64,000 nt of DNA from an uncultured delta proteobacterium (GTDB lineage Bacteria; Myxococcota; Myxococcia; Myxococcales; Anaeromyxobacteraceae). Position 1 is the stretch's first letter. Each line of letters begins with the position of its first letter. This document shows positions 38,817 through 49,118 of the stretch, in pieces. The notes below the pieces were generated by a model that did not search any database, was not told where the DNA came from, and saw nothing but the letters and a program-made list of their open reading frames with translations. The stretch lies in assembly GCA_963828255.1 (NCBI GenBank), contig CAWHDZ010000003.1, positions 64,001 to 128,000 of the forward strand. The letters run 5' to 3'. A program made the translations under genes and the position numbers.

Positions 38817-40778
38817 ATGAAATCTCGACTTGCCTGCCGTGAATTGGCGACAGCCGCCCTAGTCTTCGCTGCGGCGACGCTGGTCCCGGCATCAGCCGCG
38901 GCCTGGATCTGGCCGGAGCACCGGGACATCGCGGCCACCGCCGTGAACGACCTCCCCGCCGCCCAGCGCAAGACCCTGGACGCGATGTGGGCCGAGGCGC
39001 GGACGCTGGGGGGGAAGCAGGTCTGCGCGAAGATGGTCGACCCCGGAGCGCAGCCGGACGACGTGAAGCTCGGCGAATGGGAGAAGGTTTGCGTCGACTT
39101 CGCGTCGTTCCCGGCCCTGGCAGCGGACCACTCCTGCTCGGGCGACGAGCTCTGGGCTGCCGTCTCGAAGGAGCCCTGGTCGGTGAAGGTGGTCTGGGTC
39201 GCGGCGAAGACCAAGGAGCGGCTCGCGAACTCCACTAGCCCAGCCCAGCACGAGGACGTCTGGAGCCTCTCCCACCTCGCCATGCAGTACGTCGACCCGC
39301 GCTACCTGACCCGCGCCGAGGGCAACAGCGCCCACTTCCTCGTCCCCCGCGCGTCCGTGCAATCGAAGGAGGACCTGGACGGGTACCTGGACCGGGTGCT
39401 CCTGCCGGCCACCGAGATCAACGCCACCGGGCTCTACGCCGAGTACCACATGCTGGCGCTCCGTCTCGCCGCCCTCTACCACGCCGCGCCGCCGGCCGAG
39501 AAGCCAGAGCTGGCCCGCCGCGCGCTCGTGGCGGAGGGCGTCGCGCTGCACTTCCTCGAGGACTCCTTCTCCGCGGGTCACTACGCCGCGATCTGGGGCG
39601 GCGCGGCCTGGGCCAAGGGCACCCACGACTACTACTCCACCGTGGGTCTCACCACGATGACCTGGAAGGGCGACCTCTTCGCGAGCCACGGCGACGCCAA
39701 CATGACCGAGCAGGACATGAATGTCGCCGCAGTGACCGTCAAGCAGAGCCTGGCCCAGATCGCCAGCGCCGCCGAGGGTCGGATGCCGCTCCCGGAGCGG
39801 GCCCTCTCCCCGTCCGAGAAGGCGATCGAGTCGCTCGACTTCTGCAAGGCGGAGCACCTCCCGCCGCCGCCCGACGAGGCGATGGCCCGCAGCGCGACGG
39901 CCATGGTCCTCCAGAACACCCCGGTCCCGGCCGGCGGCAAGGACGAGATCCATCCGCCCAGGGCCCGCGCCGACATGGGCCTGTTCGTCGGCGCCATCTC
40001 CGGCTACAGCCTGGGCGTGGCCCTCGGCGGCTACGACAGCTGGGCCAACAGCCGCTTGCGGTCGGAGTTCGAGATCGGCGCCCGCGTTGGCTTCGGGCTG
40101 GAGGGGCTCCTCACGAGGAGCATGGACGGGCAGATCTGGCTCCAGGGCGAGCTGGTCTCCGACCCGGCCCAGCTCGACCTCGGGTGCACGACCTGCACGC
40201 CCTACCCGGTGGTCGCCTCGGGCAAGCGGTCCGACGTGGCGGTCCCCCGGGTGGGTGGACGTTCCGCGCTGAAGCTTTCCATCCGGATGCCCTTCTACGT
40301 GGTGCCGTTCGACCTCCTCGTCCTCGGCCCCGTGCTCTACCTGGCCTCTCCCCACGATCTCACCAGCGTGGTCTTCGCCTCGGCGGCGGGAGGGCTCCTG
40401 CCTGTGCAGCGCAAGTTCGAGACCGACATCGGGACCTTTCAGTTCATGCTCGGCCGGGAGGTCGGGTTCACGCTCTGGGGCTTCACTGGCCAGACGAACC
40501 AGTTCATCTTCACGCCCACCGCCAGCGCCGCCGACGCGAAGATCATCAACTACAAGTCGCTCGAGCTCGACTTCCCGGTGATGGAGTACGTCACGCCCAG
40601 GGTCTTCGCGACGACGCTCTCCCTCGCCGCCCTCTTCCAGCTGGGCTTCAACGTCGAGTTCCCGATGGGGGCCGCGTACAACGTCGACGGAGCCCCGTTC
40701 AGCCTGGGGCCGAGCTGGAACGTCTACCTCCGCTTCCGCCTCGACGCCCGAAAGTACTTCGGTGGCACGCCGGACTAG
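38817..40778 (+). CDS. Secreted protein: phospholipase C/P1-nuclease-like Zn domain plus beta-rich C-terminal region
   Basis: AAGGAG RBS; signal peptide then WIWPEH; LHFLEDSFSAGH and THD motifs. Confidence 0.6.
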   Translation: MKSRLACRELATAALVFAAATLVPASAAAWIWPEHRDIAATAVNDLPAAQRKTLDAMWAEARTLGGKQVCAKMVDPGAQPDDVKLGEWEKVCVDFASFPALAADHSCSGDELWAAVSKEPWSVKVVWVAAKTKERLANSTSPAQHEDVWSLSHLAMQYVDPRYLTRAEGNSAHFLVPRASVQSKEDLDGYLDRVLLPATEINATGLYAEYHMLALRLAALYHAAPPAEKPELARRALVAEGVALHFLEDSFSAGHYAAIWGGAAWAKGTHDYYSTVGLTTMTWKGDLFASHGDANMTEQDMNVAAVTVKQSLAQIASAAEGRMPLPERALSPSEKAIESLDFCKAEHLPPPPDEAMARSATAMVLQNTPVPAGGKDEIHPPRARADMGLFVGAISGYSLGVALGGYDSWANSRLRSEFEIGARVGFGLEGLLTRSMDGQIWLQGELVSDPAQLDLGCTTCTPYPVVASGKRSDVAVPRVGGRSALKLSIRMPFYVVPFDLLVLGPVLYLASPHDLTSVVFASAAGGLLPVQRKFETDIGTFQFMLGREVGFTLWGFTGQTNQFIFTPTASAADAKIINYKSLELDFPVMEYVTPRVFATTLSLAALFQLGFNVEFPMGAAYNVDGAPFSLGPSWNVYLRFRLDARKYFGGTPD

Positions 40779-41101
40779 CGGGCGCGAGCCTCGCCCCGTC
40801 GCCACACCAAGCCCAGGGAGGAAACATAGTCCGCATCCCGTCGAAAGTTGCACCGTGGCTCGTGGGTGCCAGACCCAGGTCGCAGGAGGCGCAATGGCTT
40901 TACGCGGCGAGATCCCCAGTCGTCGGGGGGCAGCCTGAGCCTCGGCGCCGAGCGAGGTCGCTACCGGCCCCTTAGATCTGCGAGTAGTCCTCGACGGGCG
41001 AGATTTCCCTGGAGGTCCCGATCGCCTTTCCGGCGGGAGGGGATCCCCAGCCGCCGATGCTTCTGGCGCGTGTCCCAAATGGACCTTGGGCCGGAAGCGG
41101 C

Positions 41102-41260
41102 CTACGCCGCCTGCCGCCGGGCGTAGCGGTGATTCAGGCGGCCGACCCGGGGAAGGGTGACGACGTTGGCTCTTTAGCCGGGCCTTTGCTCGACCGGGCG
41201 ATTGCACGGCGAGTCCTTGCCTCCCCGATGTGTGTCCTGTCCCCGTTGTAGTGTGGTGAC
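41102..41260 (-). pseudogene. Remnant of an rve integrase-core transposase C-terminus
   Basis: HYNGDRTHIG / KDSPCNRPVEQRPG*RANVVTLPRVGRLNHRYARRQAA*, with a frameshift and internal stop. Confidence 0.65.
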
Positions 41261-41505
41261 GAACGACTCGCTCAGCGACGCACGACCTTGTCCGGCTCCA
41301 CGATGGCGAGGGCCAGGTTCTCATGCACGAGGTAAGGAGAATTGAAGCCCTGGGAGATATCGTCGTTAGTTCCTGTCCCGATAACTTGTGGCGAGCGACA
41401 GGGCCGAAGTAGGTGGCTCCTAGCAGCCGGGGCAACCCTAGATCCAACTGGCGCGGGCCCATGGCGGCGCACTAGAATTCGAGCCCCAAAGGGGGAGGAA
41501 CGCAC

Positions 41506-41883
41506 ATGTCCAATTTCTGGGATCTGGTCTGGCTAATCGTCTCGTCGTTCATCTTCATCTCGTACCTCATCATCCTCTTCCAGATCGTCGTCGATCTCTT
41601 CCGCGATCCGGATCTCGGTGGGGGATCGAGGGCCATCTGGATCATCGGGCTCATCTTCCTGCCCGTCTTCACGGCCATCCTCTACGTGCTGAGCCGCGGG
41701 AGGAGCATGTCGGAGCGGCAGCGCGCCAGCGTGCAGAAGGCCCGGTCCGAGACCGATAACTACATCCGGGAGGTGGCCGGAAAGTCGCCTGCGGACCAGA
41801 TCGCCACGGCCAAGTCGCTGCTCGACGCCGGGTCCATCACCCAGGAGGAGTATGCGAAGCTGAAGGCCAAGGCGCTCGCCTAG
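41506..41883 (+). CDS. PLDc_N plus SHOCT domain membrane protein
   Basis: DLFRDPDLGG...AIW...LPVFTAILY; ADQIATAKSLLDAGSITQEEYAKLKAKAL. Confidence 0.85.
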   Translation: MSNFWDLVWLIVSSFIFISYLIILFQIVVDLFRDPDLGGGSRAIWIIGLIFLPVFTAILYVLSRGRSMSERQRASVQKARSETDNYIREVAGKSPADQIATAKSLLDAGSITQEEYAKLKAKALA

Positions 41884-41896
41884 AGAGGATTCCTGG

Positions 41897-43372
41897 ATGA
41901 CGGCCGGGCTGATTCGGTGGCTGAAGCGCGCGGGGATCCTGGCGGTCGTCGTCGTCGTAACCCTGTTTGTGGGGCGCATCGTCGAGACCCAGCGCGGGCC
42001 GCCGCTCCGCGTGTGGCACACCTACGTGCCGCAGGAACTGACCGTCGACGAGATGGAGCGGACCGACTGGGCCGGGTACGTCAAGGCAGAGGCGGCGCTC
42101 TTCGAAAGCCTCGGCGCAGAGTTGAAGGGTGGCCTCGAGCCCGAGGATCGGATTCCGGGTAACCGCTACTTCGACGGCAGCCCGATCTATCCGGCCAAGT
42201 TCAAGCAGGACTGGAACCGGTCGTACGTTCTCGCGCCCGACGGCCCGCCCCTCGGCGCGGTCGTATTCCTGCACGGGCTCACCGACTCCCCCTACAGCCT
42301 GCGTCACATCGCCCGGCTCTACCGCGCGGCAGGGTGGATCTCGGTTGCTCCCCGGCTCCCGGCGCACGGGACGGTCCCCGCCGCGCTGTCCACGGTGGAG
42401 TGGGAGGAGTGGCTCGCGGCGACACGGCTCGCCGTCCGGGAGGCCCGGAGGCTGGCGGGACCCTCGACCCCGCTCCACATCGTGGGTTTCTCGAACGGTG
42501 GCGCGCTCGCGATGATGTACGCGCTCGACGCGCTCGGCGACAAGGCCCTGCCGCGGCCGGATCGCCTGATCCTCATTTCCCCCATGATCGGTGTGACCAG
42601 TTTCGCCCGGTTCGCCGGCCTGGCCGGGCTCCCCGCAATGCTGCCCCGCTTCGCGAAGGCGGCCTGGCTCTCCAACATGCCGGAGTTCAACCCCTTCAAG
42701 TACAACTCGTTCCCGGTGAACGGCGCCACCCAGTCCCACCGGCTGACGCAGGTTCTCCAGGGCCGGATCGCTCGCTACGAGCGCGAAGGGCGGCTCGGGG
42801 AGATCGCCCCGATCCTCACCTTCCAGTCGGTCCTCGACTACACCGTCCACACGAAGGCCATCATCGACGCCCTGTACGCCCACCTGCCCAGGAACGGGAG
42901 CGAGCTCGTCCTCTTCGACCTCAACCGGGCGGCGCTGTTCAGCCCGTTGCTCCGGAGCTCGATGGAGACCCTCGTGGAGCGCATGCTCCCGGACCCGCCG
43001 CGGAACTACCGGACCACCATCATCACGAACGGCGGCCCGGAAGAACGGGAGGAGGTCGCGCGCGTCATCGAGGCCGGCCAGACCACGGCGACCGTTCGGT
43101 CCCTCGGGCTCTACTACCCGCAGGACGTCTTCTCGCTCTCGCACGTGGCCCTGCCGTTCCCGCCCGGCGACGCGCTCTACGGGCTCCAGCCGGACGGAAC
43201 GGAAGACTACGGGATCGCGCTCGGCGCCATGGCAGGCCGCGGGGAACGCGGGGCCCTCGTCGTGAGCCTCGACGCCCTGCTGCGGGTGTCGTCGAATCCA
43301 TTCTTCGCCTACGTCATCGAGCGCGTCGACGAGGCAATCGTCCCGCGGCGCCCGGTTCCCGCGGCGCAGTGA
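41897..43372 (+). CDS. Membrane-anchored alpha/beta hydrolase
   Basis: FLHGLTDSPYS, VGFSNGG (GxSxG), FSLSHVALP. Confidence 0.82.
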   Translation: MTAGLIRWLKRAGILAVVVVVTLFVGRIVETQRGPPLRVWHTYVPQELTVDEMERTDWAGYVKAEAALFESLGAELKGGLEPEDRIPGNRYFDGSPIYPAKFKQDWNRSYVLAPDGPPLGAVVFLHGLTDSPYSLRHIARLYRAAGWISVAPRLPAHGTVPAALSTVEWEEWLAATRLAVREARRLAGPSTPLHIVGFSNGGALAMMYALDALGDKALPRPDRLILISPMIGVTSFARFAGLAGLPAMLPRFAKAAWLSNMPEFNPFKYNSFPVNGATQSHRLTQVLQGRIARYEREGRLGEIAPILTFQSVLDYTVHTKAIIDALYAHLPRNGSELVLFDLNRAALFSPLLRSSMETLVERMLPDPPRNYRTTIITNGGPEEREEVARVIEAGQTTATVRSLGLYYPQDVFSLSHVALPFPPGDALYGLQPDGTEDYGIALGAMAGRGERGALVVSLDALLRVSSNPFFAYVIERVDEAIVPRRPVPAAQ

Positions 43373-43402
43373 TCGGGTGCGGGCGCCGGCAGGATTCGGC
43401 GC

Positions 43403-45118
43403 TCAGCGGGTCTCGCTAGACGGGGTCTGCCCGAGCCAGGCGTGCGCCACCGCGACGGCCTGATTCACCGATGCGCCGAGCTGCTCAGTGGCGAGGAAGA
43501 CGTTGTCCTCGCCTAGGATCTGGAGCGTCCCCGTCCGGGCCAGCTGTTTCCGGGCGGCGGGGTCGACCCCGGCCAGCATGAGCATGCCCCCGCGCCCTTG
43601 CAGCGTCCGGGCGTAGCGCTGCAGGACGGCGATGAAGGTGCTCCCCAGGTCTGTCTTCCCGCGAAGGGCCAGGATCACCACGGCGCGCGAGGAGCCCTCC
43701 ACCGTGGGCAGCATGTCCCCGACGTTCTTCGCGGCGGCGAAGAAGAGGCTGCCATTCACGATCAGCACGGTCAGCTGGTTGCTGGGAGCTTCCCGCGGAG
43801 CGGGCCGGAGCTCGGGCATCCCTCCGGGAACGAGCACGATCTCGCTCACCTCGGTCCGTTTCGACTCGCGGGTGACGTGCAGCAGCATGGTGAATGCCAC
43901 CCCGAGGAGCACGGCGAAGTGTAGGGGCAGGAAGAGCGTGGCGAGGAAGGTGAGCATCATCGCCGCCGCGGTCGCCCGTCCCGTTCTCCACGCCGTCAAG
44001 GCCGCTTCGATGCGCAGCCCCTGGAACCCGGCCACGATAAGCAGCGCCGCCAGGGCGGGCATGGGAACCATCTCGGCCAGCGGAGCGGCCAGGAGCACGA
44101 TGACGGCCACGGCGGCGCCGCCGAAGATGTTGGTCCAGCGCGACCGGGCGCCCGCGCCGATGATGAGGGCGGTGCCGGAGATCGACCCCCCCGCGGGGAG
44201 GCCGCCGACGAGACCGGTGGCGATGTTGGCGGCTCCCTGGCCGAGGAAGTCGCGGGAGACGTCCGGGAACCGTCCGTCCGGGTTGGTGTAGGCCTGGCTG
44301 ACCCCGGCGCCCTGGACGAGCCCGATGATGGCGACCGACAGGGCCGGGAGCAGCATGGTGAGGAGCATCGCGGGCTGGGGCAGGGAGAGTCCTGGGAGGC
44401 TGCGCGGGATGCTCGACACGTCGCGCACGATCCGGACCGCCTGCCAGCCCTGCGCGGGGTCGAGGGCCGGGAGCGAAAGTAACGCGAGGAGCGCGGTGGC
44501 GAGCCCGATGGCGAGGACGAACGCGAACTTGCTCAGGCGGGAGCGGAGCAGGAGGACGATCGCGCCCAGGGCCAGCCCGCCGATGACGGTGGTCCGCAAG
44601 TCGATCCGGTGAAGGCGCAGGAGAAGGTCGAGGGCGCGGGCCACGGCGTTCGAGAACGCGCTCCGGTACCCGGTCAGCTCTCCGAGCTGACCCAGGATGA
44701 TGAGCACCGCCACGCCGTTCAGGAAGCCGGTCATGACCGGGTCGGAGACGAAGCGCAGGATTGAGCCGGTGCGGAGCACGCCGGCGAGCAGCTGGATCAC
44801 GCCGACCAGGAGGACGAGCGCCGCCAGCGCCGCGAGGCGATCACCGGGGGCGATGTCCGCAAGTTCCGCTCCCGCCGCCACCGCCGTCGCCGCGGTGGTG
44901 GACACGTTCATGAACACGGAGCCGGTGGTCACCGCCGCGACCGGGACCGCCACCATCAGGGTGAAGATGCCCATCACTGGATTCACCGCGGCGAGGAGCG
45001 CATGCCCCATGGCCTGCGGGACCGCGACGACCGCGAAGGTGAGGCCCGCCACCAGGTCCGCCTTCAGATCCGCGCGGGCGGGGGCGAGCGAGCGGGCCTT
45101 CTGGAGCAAAGTGGGCAT
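43403..45118 (-). CDS. SulP family anion transporter with STAS domain
   Basis: DLVAGLTFAVVAVPQAM, PVMTGFLNG, GQGAANI, GSLFFAA; TGATG coupling to the upstream gene. Confidence 0.9.
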   Translation of the reverse strand: MPTLLQKARSLAPARADLKADLVAGLTFAVVAVPQAMGHALLAAVNPVMGIFTLMVAVPVAAVTTGSVFMNVSTTAATAVAAGAELADIAPGDRLAALAALVLLVGVIQLLAGVLRTGSILRFVSDPVMTGFLNGVAVLIILGQLGELTGYRSAFSNAVARALDLLLRLHRIDLRTTVIGGLALGAIVLLLRSRLSKFAFVLAIGLATALLALLSLPALDPAQGWQAVRIVRDVSSIPRSLPGLSLPQPAMLLTMLLPALSVAIIGLVQGAGVSQAYTNPDGRFPDVSRDFLGQGAANIATGLVGGLPAGGSISGTALIIGAGARSRWTNIFGGAAVAVIVLLAAPLAEMVPMPALAALLIVAGFQGLRIEAALTAWRTGRATAAAMMLTFLATLFLPLHFAVLLGVAFTMLLHVTRESKRTEVSEIVLVPGGMPELRPAPREAPSNQLTVLIVNGSLFFAAAKNVGDMLPTVEGSSRAVVILALRGKTDLGSTFIAVLQRYARTLQGRGGMLMLAGVDPAARKQLARTGTLQILGEDNVFLATEQLGASVNQAVAVAHAWLGQTPSSETR

Positions 45119-46479
45119 CAGGCTCTCCTGTCGCCGTGGCAGAACTTGAACTTGCTCCCGCCGCCACAGGGGCAGCGCTGGTAGGGGTCGCGCCGGGCGT
45201 CCTCGGCGGCCACCCACGCCATCACCTCGGCCGGCGCCTTCCCGCTCCGGAACAGGTTCGCCATCACCTGCATCGCGGGGCGGGTGTGCTGGAAGAACGC
45301 TTCCAGCCCGGCGCACATGTAGTTGTGGCCCGGCTCGCCGTCCGCCGAGACCGCGAAGCGGTCCTTGGGGCATCCGCCGTTGCAGAGGAAGCGAACCTCG
45401 CAGCGCTGGCACTGCGCGGTGAGCCGGTCGCGCTTGTCGTCGCCGAAGCGGCGGAGCTTGGCGGAGGCGACGAGCTGGACGAGCGGGGTCTCGTGGATGT
45501 TCCCGAGCTCCTGGCCGGGCTCCACGAAGTGGTCGCAGGTGTAGAGATCTCCGTTGTGCTCTAGCGCCGGGCCGTAGCCGCAGGTGGGGGCGTGGATGCA
45601 CAATAGATATCGTCCGAAGTGGGCCTCGAGGGTGACGTCGAAGAGCTGCACGTAGACGCTCCCCACGTCGCGACGGACCCACTCCTCGAAGACGTCGACG
45701 AGGAAGCGGCCATACTGGACGCCGCCCACGGAACGCTCGGTGACGAGCGCCCCGGTCTGCGTGTACAGCGGGCGCGGGCCGCGGCCGGGGCGGTCGCTCC
45801 ATCCCTGGTTGGCGACCGCGAGGGTCTCCTCGGTGGCGCGCTCGACGATGGGGATGAACTGGATCCACTGGGCCGAGAGCTCGTCGCGAAAGAAGCGGTA
45901 GACGTCACGGCCTCGCCCCTGGTTCGCGGCGTTGACCGTGCAGAGGACGTTGAAGGGCACGTCGTGGGCGCGCAGGTGGCGCCAGCCCTCCATGACCCGG
46001 TCGAAGGTGCCCTGGCCGCGACGATCGAGCCGGTACGCGTCGTGCAACTCGCGCGGCCCGTCCACGCTCAAGCCCACGAGGAAGTCGTGCTTCTTGAAGA
46101 AGGCACACCAGGCGTCGTCGAGGAGGATCCCGTTGGTCTGGAAGGTCTGCCGGACGATCTGTCCCGGTCGGCGATGCTTCTCGACCAGCTCGACCGCGCG
46201 GGCGAAGAAGGGGAGCCCCATGAGCGACGGCTCTCCCCCCTGCCACGCCACCGTCACCTCGGGTGTCCGGTGGGCCTCCAGCAACTGGCGGATGTAGGCC
46301 TCGAGGGTGGCCTCGGACATCCGCTGCTTGTCGCCGGGGTACAGCGCGTCCTTCGAAAGGAAGAAGCAGTAGGTGCAGTCGATGTTGCAAGTGGACCCGC
46401 TCGGCTTTGCCAGGAGGTGGAACGCCGGCGGCGAGAGCGCCGACGGGATCTGGACCGGTGCGGAGGGCTCGACGGACAT
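45118..46479 (-). CDS. Anaerobic sulfatase maturase (radical SAM/SPASM) with SEC-C tail
   Basis: KPSGSTCNIDCTYCFFL, WQGGEP, YTCDHFV, CQRCEVRFLCNGGCPK, CPCGGGSKFKFCHG. Confidence 0.93.
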   Translation of the reverse strand: MSVEPSAPVQIPSALSPPAFHLLAKPSGSTCNIDCTYCFFLSKDALYPGDKQRMSEATLEAYIRQLLEAHRTPEVTVAWQGGEPSLMGLPFFARAVELVEKHRRPGQIVRQTFQTNGILLDDAWCAFFKKHDFLVGLSVDGPRELHDAYRLDRRGQGTFDRVMEGWRHLRAHDVPFNVLCTVNAANQGRGRDVYRFFRDELSAQWIQFIPIVERATEETLAVANQGWSDRPGRGPRPLYTQTGALVTERSVGGVQYGRFLVDVFEEWVRRDVGSVYVQLFDVTLEAHFGRYLLCIHAPTCGYGPALEHNGDLYTCDHFVEPGQELGNIHETPLVQLVASAKLRRFGDDKRDRLTAQCQRCEVRFLCNGGCPKDRFAVSADGEPGHNYMCAGLEAFFQHTRPAMQVMANLFRSGKAPAEVMAWVAAEDARRDPYQRCPCGGGSKFKFCHGDRRA

Positions 46480-46562
46480 GCGTTGGGCCTCGAGGGAACG
46501 GCGCGACGACCGGACCGGAGTCCGGCCGCCGCGCCCATGCTTTCACGGACAGCGAAGGCGGT

Positions 46563-48056
46563 TCAGTGGCTCGCGCCGCCGCCCGCGTCCTGCAGCTTGG
46601 CCATCAGCGAGTCCAGGTTGAACGACGCCGGCTTCTGGCGCGGCGGGAACTTCTTGAAGTTCTCCACCTGCTGGGCCACGACCGCCTGCATCGCGTAGAT
46701 CAGGTAGGCGCGGGAGATCATCCAGTCGTAGTAGGTGTTCGAGTTCTCGTCGGCCCTCTCGAACGGGTCTCGGCGGAGGTTGAACATCTTCGGGATCCGC
46801 AGCGGGACGAAGGGCTCCATCCAGCACTGGAGCCCCTTGGCCCGCTGCTCCAGGAACACTCCCTTCCAGTCGCCCCACCGGATCGCCATGATGTCCCCGT
46901 CGTCGCTGATGTAGAAGAACGACTCCCTGGGGCTCTCCTTCGCCTGACCGGTGATGTACGGCAGCATGTTGAAGCCGTCGAGGTGGACCTTGAAGGTCCT
47001 GTCGCCGATCTTGTGCCCCTCGAGCAGCTTCTCCTTGATGTTCGGCTCCCCGGCGGCGGCCAGGAAGGTAGGCAGCCAGTCCTGGTGGCTGACGATGCCG
47101 TTCACCACCGAACCCGGCTTGATCTTGCCCGGCCAGCGAACGAAGCACGGGACCCGCCATCCACCTTCCCAGTTGGTGTTCTTCTCGGATCGGAAGGGCG
47201 TGATGCCGGCGTCTGGCCAGGTGTTGTAGTGGACCCCGTTGTCGGTGGAGTACATCACGATGGTGTTGTCGGCGATCCCGAGCTCATCGAGCTTGTTCAG
47301 CATCCTGCCGATGTTCTCGTCGTGCGCGACCATCACGTCGTTGTAGTCCCCCTGGCCGCTCTTGCCCTTGTGCTTCTCGGCGCAGTGGGTGCGGAAGTGC
47401 ATCGCCGTGGTGTTGTACCAGAGGAAGAAGGGCTTCTCGGCCTTGTGCTGCTGGTCGATGAACCGCAGAGCGTGCTCGGTCACCTCCTCGTCGACCGTCT
47501 CCATCCGCTTCTTCGTCAGCGGGCCGGTGTCCTCGATCTTCTGGCCACCCTTGCCGTCCGCCCAGCAGTGGAGGACGCCCCGCGGCCCGAACTTCTTCTT
47601 GAACTCGGGATTCTTCGGGTAGTCGGGGTCCTCGGGCTCCTCCTCGGCGTTCAGGTGGTAGAGGTTGCCGAAGAACTCGTCGAATCCGTGCATCGTCGGC
47701 AGGAACTCGTCCTTGTCGCCGAGATGGTTCTTGCCGAACTGGCCGGTCGCGTAGCCGAGCGGCTTCAGGAGTTCGGCGATGGTCGGGTCCTCCTTCTGGA
47801 GCCCCGAGTCGGCGCCGGGCATTCCCACCTTGGTCAGCCCGGTGCGGAGGGGGTTCTGGCCCGTGATGAAGGCGGAGCGTCCCGCGGTGCAGCTCTGCTG
47901 GGCGTAGTAGTCGGTGAAGGCCACTCCCTCGTTGCCCACGCGATCGATGTTGGGCGTCCGGTAGCCCATCTGCCCCCGGTTGTTGTAGCTGATGTTCCAC
48001 CAGCCCACGTCGTCGCCCCACAGTACGAGGATGTTCGGCTTGCCTGTCTTGGCCAT
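46563..48056 (-). CDS. Cys-type arylsulfatase, no signal peptide
   Basis: KPNILVLWGDDVG, SCTAGRSAFITG (CxAxR), GKNHLGD, HGFDEF, STDNG. Confidence 0.93.
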   Translation of the reverse strand: MAKTGKPNILVLWGDDVGWWNISYNNRGQMGYRTPNIDRVGNEGVAFTDYYAQQSCTAGRSAFITGQNPLRTGLTKVGMPGADSGLQKEDPTIAELLKPLGYATGQFGKNHLGDKDEFLPTMHGFDEFFGNLYHLNAEEEPEDPDYPKNPEFKKKFGPRGVLHCWADGKGGQKIEDTGPLTKKRMETVDEEVTEHALRFIDQQHKAEKPFFLWYNTTAMHFRTHCAEKHKGKSGQGDYNDVMVAHDENIGRMLNKLDELGIADNTIVMYSTDNGVHYNTWPDAGITPFRSEKNTNWEGGWRVPCFVRWPGKIKPGSVVNGIVSHQDWLPTFLAAAGEPNIKEKLLEGHKIGDRTFKVHLDGFNMLPYITGQAKESPRESFFYISDDGDIMAIRWGDWKGVFLEQRAKGLQCWMEPFVPLRIPKMFNLRRDPFERADENSNTYYDWMISRAYLIYAMQAVVAQQVENFKKFPPRQKPASFNLDSLMAKLQDAGGGASH

Positions 48057-48112
48057 CGATCGGTTCCTTTCCGTCTTCGTTGGTCTCGGCGCTGCGTCGC
48101 TGCTGCCTGCTT

Positions 48113-48937
48113 CTAGAAGAACATGCTCCTCGGGAGGAGGAGGGTGGCCGTCAGCCGGATCGACCAGGTCGGCCCGAAGTCGGGCCGGATCGCGTGCCAG
48201 TAGGCCTGGGCGGTGAGGTTGAAGGGCAGGGGACCGATCCAGACGATCCGTCCGGCTCCTCCGCCGAACGGAACGTCCCACTTCTGCCCGGACGGCGCCT
48301 CCCAGTTCGCCGTGATGATGGGAGCGGTCACGACGTACCAGCCGCTCGGGAAGTTGTAGTTCGCGAAGTACTGGAGCAGGAACGTGTTCGCCTTCGCGCC
48401 CGCGACCGACCAGACGTTGTTCGCGAGCGCGCCGACCACCCACGAGCCGGGCATGGCCAGGACCACGGCCGACGGGCCGAGCCCCCAGGTGGACTGGGAG
48501 CCCAGCAGGGGCGACGTTGCCGTCGGAAAGGTGGCCACCGGACCGGCGCCCCAGACGACCGCTCCGGGGCGGGCGGGGGACAGGAAGGCGGTGGCGACCA
48601 GGTTGCCGAGTCCCGTCGTGCTTCCACCGCCCGTGAAGTTGGGCATGGTCACGATGGGCAGGATCGTCCGGGAGATGAGGTTCAGGTCCGGGGTGAGGTG
48701 AAACGGGACCACCGGCTGGATGTTGAGGACGTTCGCGACCTCTCTCTGCGGGCCGACGCCGAAGCCGATGATGTCCTGGAAGGGAACGCTGATCAGGTCC
48801 GAGACCGGGTTCTGGGCCGCCGTGGCCAGCTGCTCGTCGGTCGGGTTCGGCGGCACGATCGGGTCCCCGGCCCGAGCGGTCGCCGCAGCGAGCACTGCGG
48901 CGAGCCCGACTCCGATCCATCGTCCCGTCCTGCGCAT
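48113..48937 (-). CDS. Putative outer-membrane channel of the type often found beside sulfatases
   Basis: Signal peptide; AQNPVSDLISVPFQ, LNIQPVVPF, PIITANW, WDVPFGGG. Confidence 0.7.
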   Translation of the reverse strand: MRRTGRWIGVGLAAVLAAATARAGDPIVPPNPTDEQLATAAQNPVSDLISVPFQDIIGFGVGPQREVANVLNIQPVVPFHLTPDLNLISRTILPIVTMPNFTGGGSTTGLGNLVATAFLSPARPGAVVWGAGPVATFPTATSPLLGSQSTWGLGPSAVVLAMPGSWVVGALANNVWSVAGAKANTFLLQYFANYNFPSGWYVVTAPIITANWEAPSGQKWDVPFGGGAGRIVWIGPLPFNLTAQAYWHAIRPDFGPTWSIRLTATLLLPRSMFF

Positions 48938-49118
48938 CAGTTCTCCCCCCCCGACCAAGAGGCTCCTCGAATGCAGCCGAAGGACCCTTGCGAGGCTACC
49001 CGAGCGCGTCCGGGGAATCGAGGGAGATTCACGCCGGGTTGCGGCTCGACCGGGGCAGCCCCGGCCGGGTGTACTCGACCGCCGGACGGGCATCGCTTAA
49101 GAAGGCGACGTGCCCATC

